A DNA stretch of 64,000 bases, from NCBI GenBank assembly GCA_051652765.1, contig JBOFUV010000112.1:1-64000 (forward strand), in the 5' to 3' direction. The notes beneath the pieces are model-generated. The model was not told the origin of the DNA. It saw only the letters and a list, made by a program, of their open reading frames with translations, and did no database searches. Numbering within the stretch: position 1 is the first letter of the stretch; each line of letters starts with the position of its first letter. This stretch comes from Microcoleaceae cyanobacterium (GTDB lineage: Bacteria; Cyanobacteriota; Cyanobacteriia; Cyanobacteriales; Microcoleaceae). The translations under genes and the position numbers were made by a program. Positions 31,944 through 40,249 of the stretch are shown one piece after another.

Positions 31944-32079
31944 AACTCGTACCGCAAAACAAAGTGAACTATCAGCAAAGTGAACTATCAGTTTTGTCAG
32001 GAATAAAGAGGTAAAACCCCTTCTTGAGAGCGAAGTGCCAAACCCCTATGTTGCAGAACTGGATGTGTGCAACACTAAC

Positions 32080-32487
32080 TCACATAGGAAAGTGGTAAAG
32101 ACTCTCTCCGTCGGGTTGTCGGCCAACTCGAGCTTCAAATCTGAGGGCTTTCTCATCTAAAAAACGCTTAGCTTCTGCGTCCGAGAGCTGAGTATAACGG
32201 ACAAAATCAGCAACCGTAATGTAGCCCTGATTTTCCCGCAAGAGCCGCAAAAAAATTGAGTGATGTCGCCGTTGCTGCCGTTGCCAATCTTCCTGTTTTA
32301 AGGCGTGCCAGATTAAGCCTGACCCTAGAATTAAAGTCGGGACTCCCAGGATCAATCCTCCAACTGTCATTCCCAGCTTGCTTTCCTTTGTCGCGTTGGG
32401 ATTGCTCAGTTCAGTGGCGATCGCCAGCAAAAAGACGAGCCCAATGGGAATTAGCAAACTTGCAGCAATGAGCTTGGCCAACGGCAT
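32080..32487 (-). CDS. Hypothetical membrane protein (two TM helices plus small C-terminal domain)
   Basis: Two hydrophobic segments, then FLRLLRENQGYITV...EAKRFLDEKA...YHF. Confidence 0.7.
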   Translation of the reverse strand: MPLAKLIAASLLIPIGLVFLLAIATELSNPNATKESKLGMTVGGLILGVPTLILGSGLIWHALKQEDWQRQQRRHHSIFLRLLRENQGYITVADFVRYTQLSDAEAKRFLDEKALRFEARVGRQPDGESLYHFPM

Positions 32488-32594
32488 GACGTTACCTTAG
32501 CCTTTATTTCAAGCTGTTTTAGCAGTTTTCATCCAGGTTTCAGGGCGTGGCTACTCAAAAGGTTAGCTAACCTTAGTAAAGTTAAACATGATGT

Positions 32595-33305
32595 TCAACT
32601 TCGAATCGCTTCCAATAGCCGCGAAAAATAAAACCGAGTGCTAGTCATTCCGGATCGACCTACAGAAAAACCATTTTTCTCTAGGATTTTAACAATATCT
32701 GCCTCTCGATGTTGATAGGCGCGGGTCGTCTTGCTTGGCCCTGGAAAAAACTCTCCAATTTTTTTTAACACCGTCAGGAAAAAGGTCTTGGGAGCGAAAC
32801 TGAGAATTAAGCGGGTCTCTGCTAGAGAAGCCAAATGACCAATCATTTCACCCGCTTGGTCTTGAGGATAGTGAATCAGAACATCCAGGCAGACTACGGT
32901 ATGATAGCGACCCTGTAACGCTTCCAGATCTTGGGTCGTAAAGGTTACGTTGGCTGGATTGTCAAGAGCTATGTTGGCCCGTGCCTGCGCTTCTGTCACC
33001 ATTTTTTCAGAGAGGTCACTGGCAGAGACCAAGGCTCCAGCCTGAGCTAGGGGAATGCTCAAACTGCCAACGCCACAGCCAGCATCGCAAATGGATAATC
33101 CCTGCAAGTTTCCGTCGGCTTTGAGCCAGTCGAGCACTCGATCAACCGTTTGTTGATGACCGTGGCGAATATCAAGCTGAACTCTACTAACATCGTCGCC
33201 AGTGCCGTAGATTCGGCTCCAACGGTCAAAGCCCGTGGAGTTGAAGTACTCCTGAACAACGGTTTTCTCGTCTTTATGGTTAGTTGTGGGATCGGTAACG
33301 TTCAT
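32595..33305 (-). CDS. chlM: Magnesium-protoporphyrin IX methyltransferase
   Basis: YFNSTGFDRW, ICDAGCGVG, CLDVLIHYP, FFPGPSKTTRAY. Confidence 0.97.
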   Translation of the reverse strand: MNVTDPTTNHKDEKTVVQEYFNSTGFDRWSRIYGTGDDVSRVQLDIRHGHQQTVDRVLDWLKADGNLQGLSICDAGCGVGSLSIPLAQAGALVSASDLSEKMVTEAQARANIALDNPANVTFTTQDLEALQGRYHTVVCLDVLIHYPQDQAGEMIGHLASLAETRLILSFAPKTFFLTVLKKIGEFFPGPSKTTRAYQHREADIVKILEKNGFSVGRSGMTSTRFYFSRLLEAIRS

Positions 33306-33647
33306 TAGATGCCTGTTTTAAGTCTGAGCTTATCGTTTGGGGTTGTTATTTGGAGATGCACTTAGGGATGCACTTTAAAGATGCACCTTAGAGATTTGAT
33401 CCAGCCTTCCAACCTATCACAATTTCAAGCTTGCTATGAGCTTGCCGTGGGCTTGCCGTAAATTTACCGTAAACTTACCGTGAACTTCCCCAAAATCACC
33501 CTACGAAAACATCCTGGGAACATCATGATCATCCCTGCGAAGACAACAGGAGTAAGTTAGAATCAAACCGGAATTTTAAATTTAAATCTTTCTGACTGAT
33601 TCATCCAAGTATCTATTTCTGAGTCCAGCCCCTTTCTGCTTGGAGTT

Positions 33648-34721
33648 ATGATTCTCAACTATAGTGCTGCCTTGACCGCATTTTTTGCTTCTACGGCTTT
33701 CTTTGCCTTAGGGGCAACTGCTGAGACCTTAAGAGTGGGTGTTGCTGGAAATCCACCCTTTACAATTTGGAAAACTATAGAGCCTGCAGGAATTAGCGTA
33801 GAGGTTTGGGAGGCCGTTGCTCAGCAAGGGGAGTTAGAGTATGAATGGGTTCCCCTACCTAACATGGTGGGAGTGTTTGATCAAGTTGTGGCTGGAGAAC
33901 TTGATGTCATCATTGGGCCAATTAGCATTACCTCAAAGCGATTACAGCAGGTGACGTTTACGCAGCCGTTCTACCGAGCCGATATTGGCGTTCTCCTGCC
34001 CATCGCTAAACCTACACTTTGGAGCCGAATCAGGCCCTTTGTGGGAGTTGCCTTTCTATCTTCCATTGGGCTTTTGATGATTGGGTTGTTTATGATTGGG
34101 AACTTGCTCTGGCTGGTGGAGAAAGATGTTAAGGATAGTCATTTTCCCCCTGACTACTGGCATGGGGTCGGCAATGGGATGTGGTTTGCTCTGGTGACTC
34201 TGACAACAGTGGGCTACGGCGATCGCACCCCAATTACTCCGATGGGCAGATTTGTTGCTGGAGTGTGGATGTTGATTACCATGCTGATGGTTTCTTCTTT
34301 GATTGCTGGGTTGACGACTACTTTGACCCTTGCCATCTCTGGGAAATCGACTGAACGGTTTCTCCGACCTCAGAACCTCAGGGGCGCACAGATGGGGGTT
34401 GTTGCCGGAACAACCGGTGAGCAATGGGCAGAGTTTTACGAAGCCCGCTTGACTAAAACAGCAGATTTAAAACAGGCAGTTGATTTGTTGGCGATCAGAA
34501 AGGTTGAGGGGGTTGTGTTTGATGTTCCGGCTTTGCAATATTACTTGCTCCAAAACCCAGACGCACCGTTTCGAGTCGCTGAGTTTGCTCTCGCTCAGGA
34601 AAATTATGGTTTTGCCCTGCCTTGGGATAGCCCCCTGAAGCAGGAACTTGATGTTGCTCTCTTGGAATTACAGGAGACTGGAAAGATTCAAAGAATTGCC
34701 CAGGATTGGCTAGAACCTTAG
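33648..34721 (+). CDS. GluR0-like ligand-gated potassium channel
   Basis: Signal peptide, S1 binding lobe (GPISITSKR), TM1, K+ filter TTVGYGD, TM2, S2 lobe (GTTG...FDVPAL...ENYGF). Confidence 0.9.
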   Translation: MILNYSAALTAFFASTAFFALGATAETLRVGVAGNPPFTIWKTIEPAGISVEVWEAVAQQGELEYEWVPLPNMVGVFDQVVAGELDVIIGPISITSKRLQQVTFTQPFYRADIGVLLPIAKPTLWSRIRPFVGVAFLSSIGLLMIGLFMIGNLLWLVEKDVKDSHFPPDYWHGVGNGMWFALVTLTTVGYGDRTPITPMGRFVAGVWMLITMLMVSSLIAGLTTTLTLAISGKSTERFLRPQNLRGAQMGVVAGTTGEQWAEFYEARLTKTADLKQAVDLLAIRKVEGVVFDVPALQYYLLQNPDAPFRVAEFALAQENYGFALPWDSPLKQELDVALLELQETGKIQRIAQDWLEP

Positions 34722-34804
34722 GGGTTTAGATCCAACTGTTTCCAGAGCAATATTTGGTGTAAAGCTAGATAGTGCTGGCAGTTATTTGCCCACTCAACAA
34801 ATAT

Positions 34805-34906
34805 TTCATCATCTTTGTGGGCTTGTTGAACACCAGAGGTTTTGATGTTTTCCAGGATAACGCTGGCGAAGTCGGTTTCGGTGCCCCCAAGTTTGGCTTC
34901 GTTGTG
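34805..34906 (-). pseudogene. Short relic of a probable type III (Mod-like) adenine DNA methyltransferase
   Basis: A frame absent from the ORF track reads HNEAKLGGTETDFASVILENIKTSGVQQAHKDD. It resembles the ILENLKTAGVQQAHKED segment I recall from large Mod-type methyltransferases. Confidence 0.5.
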
Positions 34907-34907
34907 A

Positions 34908-34952
34908 GACTTCGGCGGCTCGACGTGAGCTCAGTCGAACGCTCAGCCGAAC
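34908..34952. repeat. GC-rich nested palindromic dispersed repeat (REP-like)
   Basis: GACTTCGGCGGCTCGACGTGAGCTCAGTCGAACGCTCAGCCGAAC, with TTCGGC/GCCGAA and TCGAC/GTCGA pairings. Confidence 0.65.
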
Positions 34953-34959
34953 GGGGTTC

Positions 34960-35252
34960 GGGGGCTCTTGGTTGGGGGAACTGAACTCGTGGATCAATCA
35001 AATCATCCGGAATGTAATTGCGTGCGATATGTTCATTAATCTCTGCCTGGTGATCCAGATAATACTGAGGGCATCGAAAACTTGAGCCAGAGTCAGGTGG
35101 GGCAAGCGCTGGGGAATTTCTTCAGGAGGAACGCCAATCCGCCACAGTTCAACGATCGCTCGCACAGGGGTGCGTGTCCCGCGAATAATCGGTTCACCAC
35201 TGAGAATTTCATCATTTCTAACGATGTAGCAGTGTTCAGTTAACTGAACCAT
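34960..35252 (-). pseudogene. DUF433 (antitoxin-like) gene, frameshifted, cognate toxin absent
   Basis: MVQLTEHCYIVRNDEILSGEPIIRGTRTPVRAIVELWRIG...LTLAQVFDALS. Restoring one T near 35063 gives YYLDHQAEINEHIARNYIPDDLIDPRV. Confidence 0.85.
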
Positions 35253-35349
35253 AGTTCTCTCAGAATGTTTTGATAACCTTATCCCTAGTTGTAAAGGTCT
35301 CTTCAAAAAAACCATGCCAGAATGGAACTGTTGCCAATGGAGGTGGGGC

Positions 35350-36344
35350 GTGGAACGGGCAGAATTATTAGCACTAATCGACCAAGCCGCAGAAGAAGGC
35401 TGGAAAGAACTTGATCTATCCGGAAATGAACTCACCGAACTCCCACCCGAAATTGGCAAGTTAACCCAGCTTGAAACGTTAACTTTGGGGAAATGGGACG
35501 AAGAGAAATGTGAATCGATTGGGAACCAACTGACAACCTTGCCCCCTGAAATCGCTGCATTAGTAAATCTAAAAACGCTTTCCCTCCGTTCCAACTCAAT
35601 CAAAGAGATTCCTGAATGTATTGGGCAACTCACTAATCTGACTTCGCTTCACCTCAGGGAAAACCAAATCAGAGAGATACCGGAATGTATTGGGCAACTC
35701 ACCAATCTGACTAGGCTTAACCTCTGGCACAACCAAATCAGAGAGATACCGGAATGTATTGGACAACTCACCAATCTAACTATGCTTTACCTCTGGGAAA
35801 ACCAAATTCAAGAGATTCCTGAATGTATTGGGCAATTAAGTAATCTGACAGGGCTTCACCTCAGGTACAACCAAATCAGAGAGATACCGGAATGTATTGG
35901 GCAACTTACCAATCTGACTGAGCTTATCCTCTGGCACAACCAAATCAGAGAGATACCGGAATGTATTGGGCAACTTATCAATCTGACTGAGCTTTACCTC
36001 AGTGGTAACCAAATCAAAGAGATACCGGAATGTGTTGGACAACTCATCAATCTGACTAAGCTTCACCTCAGGGCTAACCAAATTAGCGAGATTCCTGAAT
36101 GTATTGGGCAACTCACCAATCTGACGGAGCTTATCCTCTCTGACAACCAAATCAGTGAGATTCCAATTGGTCTGGAAAACCTACCCAAGCTTGAAAGATT
36201 AGATTTGCAAGGGAATCCGTTGCCGATTTCTCCCGAACTGCTGGCAAACCTTAAAAATCCAGAGGCAATTTTCAACTATTGTCGCCGTCTTCGCAGCGGT
36301 GATTACGTCCCTTGAATGAAGCCAAGCTGTTGTTGGTGGGGCAG
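35350..36344 (+). pseudogene. LRR-Roc(-COR) Roco gene truncated at the Roc P-loop; the LRR part is an open frame ending at 36315
   Basis: GTG start after GGAGG, cap MERAELLALIDQAAEEGWKELDLSGN, then LRRs. A frameshift near 36304 continues as RPLNEAKLLLVGQ, the typical Roc entry, and is cut by a MITE. Confidence 0.85.
35593..36144 (+). repeat. Eight tandem 69-bp coding units (23-aa LRR)
   Basis: Units begin at 35593, 35662, 35731, 35800, 35869, 35938, 36007 and 36076, with a partial unit at 36145. Scaffold NQIREIPECIGQLTNLT. Confidence 0.95.
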
Positions 36345-36478
36345 CAGGGCTGATTCATGTTCACCAGAGAATTTTCTGAAAGGTTGATTACTGCGTTTCT
36401 GTGAAAGTGACATTTGAGCAGAGCTAAACGAGTTTCCAATACTTTCAGATTTTCTCTCAAGACAATGAATCAGCCCTG
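36345..36478. mobile_element. 134-bp MITE with 14-bp terminal inverted repeats (ISAs1-like ends)
   Basis: CAGGGCTGATTCAT (36345-36358) and ATGAATCAGCCCTG (36465-36478). No transposase and no target-site duplication visible. Confidence 0.8.
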
Positions 36479-36547
36479 CCTTGAACAGGGGGATACAAGG
36501 GGAGCGCTTTCGACTACAACCAAACGAAGCTTGCTGTAATCTTCAAC

Positions 36548-37618
36548 CTAGTTTTTCTCGGATTTGAACTGACTCACAACCAATCCAACGCCAAGGAAAC
36601 CCAAGGCCAGAGTTGCTGTCGGTTCAGGAACTCTGGGGAACTCAGCTTGAACAACTGTAAGAGCGACATCCGCAATAATGATATGACCTGTTGCCGTTGG
36701 ATGCAGGAGATCAAAGAACAAGTATTCATCTGGATTTGGGAGTTCGGCACAGCCAATGCTCAAACAACTTGCGACTGCATCTAACCAACTATCCGTTACA
36801 TTAGTCAAATTAAAGTTGGCGGGGTTGTCAATGATCGCATCAAACACCGTATTAACGTCAACTAAAGCAATATCGATCTCAGAGAGAGATTGATTCAAAT
36901 TACCAATGCTGGCTTCCAAGCCTGTGTTATGAAATTCGGCTAAGGTGTTTAGACCCTCTGAATTGCCAAACTGACCGAGGGGGGTTTCACCTAAATCAGG
37001 CAAATTGACTGTCAGAAACTTCCGGGCTCCAACATCATACAAAGATTGAATTGCGTTTTCTAAGTTATCAACTGGAATGCTCGGATCAGTCTCCCCGGCG
37101 ATCGCATAGTCATTTCCTCCTGCCCAGAGAATGTACAGCGCATCTGGATTGGCAGAGGTTCCGGTTGCCAAAAGGGGCTGAATGAAAGCTTCAAGTTGCT
37201 GTTGCAAGCCTGGAAGCGGTGCTGGGAAATCTGGAACTAAAAGATTCACAATATTGAGGCTGCCAGACGTTGCCCCGCCAAACGCAAAGTTAACGCCGTC
37301 AGGGGAGGGAGCTACTCCAACAAACGGCGAGGGGCTCAACCCCAGTTGTGGGGTTAATTGTTCAACCCAGGTCAAGCCGTTGGAAAAGCGCCCCTCAAAG
37401 AACAAGGGATTGTCAGGAATTGCTCCGCCTGTGAGGTTAAACAAATTACCAGGGTCAGAAATGCTATCTCCGAAAACATAAACCTGCTCAAACTCAAACG
37501 TTGCAGCTTGAGTGGGTAACGCAGCAACAACGCCTAGGGCAACGAATCCAATCACCGTCGAAGCGGCTCTCAATCTAGAGTCCAAGCAGATGCGATCTGG
37601 TTTCATAAGTGGTTTCAT
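36548..37618 (-). CDS. SGNH/GDSL hydrolase with PEP-CTERM sorting signal
   Basis: Signal peptide, FGDSISD, GRFSNG, GGNDY, FDLLHP, C-terminal VPEPTATLALGFLGVGLVV plus basic tail. Confidence 0.93.
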   Translation of the reverse strand: MKPLMKPDRICLDSRLRAASTVIGFVALGVVAALPTQAATFEFEQVYVFGDSISDPGNLFNLTGGAIPDNPLFFEGRFSNGLTWVEQLTPQLGLSPSPFVGVAPSPDGVNFAFGGATSGSLNIVNLLVPDFPAPLPGLQQQLEAFIQPLLATGTSANPDALYILWAGGNDYAIAGETDPSIPVDNLENAIQSLYDVGARKFLTVNLPDLGETPLGQFGNSEGLNTLAEFHNTGLEASIGNLNQSLSEIDIALVDVNTVFDAIIDNPANFNLTNVTDSWLDAVASCLSIGCAELPNPDEYLFFDLLHPTATGHIIIADVALTVVQAEFPRVPEPTATLALGFLGVGLVVSQFKSEKN

Positions 37619-37753
37619 AGAATGCTAGCTCACGTAAAGAGTTGATTCGGGATACTGTTATGCTATGAACCCTAACATTCTTCCTGAGAGAACAATAGAG
37701 CCCTATGTAAAGTTTGACCTGAGTCTGTGTAAAAGTTTTGAAATCCTCTGAAC

Positions 37754-38686
37754 ATGATGCGAAACATGATGCAAAATCCCAACATGAATGCTCTTGACTG
37801 GCTGCTACTCTTAATGCTTTCTATGCTTTGGGGAAGTTCATTCTTATTTATTGAAATCGCGTTAAGGGAATTGCCGCCCTTTACCCTCATCTTTTTACGC
37901 ATTAGTTTAGCTGCGATGATCCTGACAATTTTTGTGGTGCTGAGAGGACAAAAATTGCCTACTTCTCCTAAAATATGGCGAGACTTTTTGACGATGGGCG
38001 TGCTAAACAATCTGATTCCCTTTAGCTTAATTGCTTGGGGGCAAACCCAAATCGAGAGTGGATTGGCGGCGATCCTCAATGCTACAACTCCAATTTTTGC
38101 AGTTGTTTTAGCCCATATTTTGACCGTTGATGAGCGCTTAACCCTTAACCGAGGCATTGGAGTGCTTCTCGGGTTTATCGGAGTCGTGTTCCTGATTGGC
38201 TTGGATGCGTTGAAAGAATTAGGATGGACAAATTTAGGGCAGTTAGCAGTTTTATGTGCTGCCTGTTTTTATGCATTAGCAGGGCTTTATGGTCGTCGTT
38301 TTAAGATGATGTCTCCAATGGTTACGGCGGCTGGAATTCTCATCGGGACAACCGTAATGTTATTGCCAATTATGCTAATCATCGATCGGCCTTGGGATTT
38401 AAATCCGAGTATGCAAGCCAAAGGTTCCATACTGATTCTGGCAGTATTTGGAACAGCGATCGCGTATTTAATTTACTTCAAGCTATTAGCTCGTGTCGGA
38501 GCAACAAATGCCTTGCTCGTTGCGTTTTTAATCCCTGTAACGGCTTTATTTTTAGGGATATTTTTCCTGGGGGAAACATTGCGCTGGAATGCTTGGGTCA
38601 GTTTGGGATTAATTCTGACTGGACTGGCAGTTATTGATGGCCGAGGGATAAGGATATTTAATCCAGCCAGAACCCGTAAACGATAG
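37754..38686 (+). CDS. DMT/EamA family transporter
   Basis: LWGSSFLFI, NNLIPFSLIAWG, about ten hydrophobic helices, LGIFFLGE. Confidence 0.93.
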   Translation: MMRNMMQNPNMNALDWLLLLMLSMLWGSSFLFIEIALRELPPFTLIFLRISLAAMILTIFVVLRGQKLPTSPKIWRDFLTMGVLNNLIPFSLIAWGQTQIESGLAAILNATTPIFAVVLAHILTVDERLTLNRGIGVLLGFIGVVFLIGLDALKELGWTNLGQLAVLCAACFYALAGLYGRRFKMMSPMVTAAGILIGTTVMLLPIMLIIDRPWDLNPSMQAKGSILILAVFGTAIAYLIYFKLLARVGATNALLVAFLIPVTALFLGIFFLGETLRWNAWVSLGLILTGLAVIDGRGIRIFNPARTRKR

Positions 38687-38754
38687 CAATCCCAAATGAG
38701 GTGAAGGGCGCGGCCTTTTCCTAAGGCTGTTCTCTCAACCCCTTAATTTCTTGA

Positions 38755-39453
38755 CTACGCCAAATCAAAGAGCAAGACTTCTGCTTCCGATCTAGCGTTC
38801 AAGGTGATCTTAGAGCGATCGCTGATAGCGGCTCCATCCCCTGCTGTTAACGTCATATCCTCCAGAACAACCTCACCTCGGGCAACTTGGAGCCAACCAT
38901 AACGTTGAGGGGCAAAATGATAGGAAACCTGATGATTGGCAGGCAACACGGCTGCTGACAGGGTGACATCCTGATGGACTGTGAGGGAACCATCTCTACC
39001 ATCGGGTGAGGCAATCAGGTGTAATTGGCCCGGAGTAGCTGGAACGTTAAATGCTTTCTGTTCGTAACTTGGAGCCAAGCCTTCCACCTGAGGCAGCAGC
39101 CAAATTTGCAACAGATGGACTGGATTTTGGGTAGATGGGTTGAATTCACTATGTTGAATGCCTGTGCCTGCACTCATGCGCTGTACCTCCCCCCGACGGA
39201 TCACCTCCCCAGTTCCCAGGCTATCTTTGTGTTCTAGTTCCCCAGCTAAAATATAGGTAATGATTTCCATATCGCGGTGGCCATGAGTGCCAAAGCCCGA
39301 TCCAGGGCTAACTCGATCCTCATTAATCACTCGTAAGGCTCGAAACCCCATATAATTCGGATCATGATAGCTACTAAATGAAAATGTGTGATAAGTATCT
39401 AGCCAATCCTGACTTGCATGACCTCTTTCCGTTGACTTTCGTAGTGTAATCAT
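38755..39453 (-). CDS. Pirin family protein (YhhW-like)
   Basis: [45 protein letters not shown]. Confidence 0.96.
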   Translation of the reverse strand: MITLRKSTERGHASQDWLDTYHTFSFSSYHDPNYMGFRALRVINEDRVSPGSGFGTHGHRDMEIITYILAGELEHKDSLGTGEVIRRGEVQRMSAGTGIQHSEFNPSTQNPVHLLQIWLLPQVEGLAPSYEQKAFNVPATPGQLHLIASPDGRDGSLTVHQDVTLSAAVLPANHQVSYHFAPQRYGWLQVARGEVVLEDMTLTAGDGAAISDRSKITLNARSEAEVLLFDLA

Positions 39454-39564
39454 GGGAAAAACTCCTGTGTTTGTAGTCCTAATTCATCTATATTTAACTG
39501 TAAACAAATTCTTTCAAAATGAATAGTACGCACTTTTTTGTTCGCTAGTTTCCTAAAGGTAACC

Positions 39565-39888
39565 ATGCAAGCACCTAACTCCAAATCCGAGAAATCTGGA
39601 TGTCCCGCCGAAAGTACAATTTCTCTCCTCAGAGGTCGATGGAAGCTGCTGATTCTACGAGAACTGTTTCAAGGCGTAAGGCGTTTTAATCAGTTGCAAC
39701 GATCGCTTCCAGGCATTACTCAGAAAGTGCTCACACAGCAGTTGCGAGAACTGGAAGTGGATCAATTACTCAATCGAAAAGTTTACCCAGAAATTCCACC
39801 AAAAGTTGAGTATTCTCTCACACCCCTAGGGGAAAGTTTGGAGTCTATTGTTCAGCAGATGCACGAATGGAGCGTGGAGCATCTGTAG
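39565..39888 (+). CDS. HxlR family winged-helix regulator, divergent from pirin
   Basis: CPAE...GRWKLLILREL...RRFNQLQRSLPGITQKVLTQQLRELE...PPKVEYSLT. ATG at 39565. Confidence 0.95.
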   Translation: MQAPNSKSEKSGCPAESTISLLRGRWKLLILRELFQGVRRFNQLQRSLPGITQKVLTQQLRELEVDQLLNRKVYPEIPPKVEYSLTPLGESLESIVQQMHEWSVEHL

Positions 39889-40249
39889 CAGATCAGTCAG
39901 TCATGATTGATGAGATGTTTGTGGCGCGGTCTTTTGGCCAGGGCGGGCAAGATCACTCCACGTTTACACTTCAAGCGAGAACAGAAACGAGAACAGAATT
40001 GTAGAGATCCCCTGAAAAATCTTGCCAAACTGCCGCAGGAGGTCAACTGCAAAACTACAATAGAAGAAGCATTTGTGAAATTCCGAGTGTGGGCTGGCGG
40101 GCCGTTTTGCTAAGCTTTCGGCAAAGGTATCTGTTCCGTATCCCTGAGGTTGTTGATGAGCGATCGCTAACAAGTTCAATCGCCTGAATTTCATATTGTC
40201 TTTCAAAGTGTGGGTTTCTAAGTCATTGATAATTGATACACGAGCAACT

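Noticed and set aside
34998..35633. 211-aa minus-strand ORF as a single gene
   Set aside because: Its first 127 codons are antisense to the LRR gene and spacer. The real DUF433 starts at 35252.
35593..36170. 69-bp repeats as a CRISPR array or DGR target
   Set aside because: The units are in-frame coding LRRs without spacers and no cas genes are present. There is no reverse transcriptase or template repeat, and scaffold adenines (AACCAAATC) are not mutated.
39889..40249. ORFs 39907-40113 and 39964-40281 between hxlR and alaS
   Set aside because: Possibly decayed coding DNA, but no frame gives a recognisable domain.
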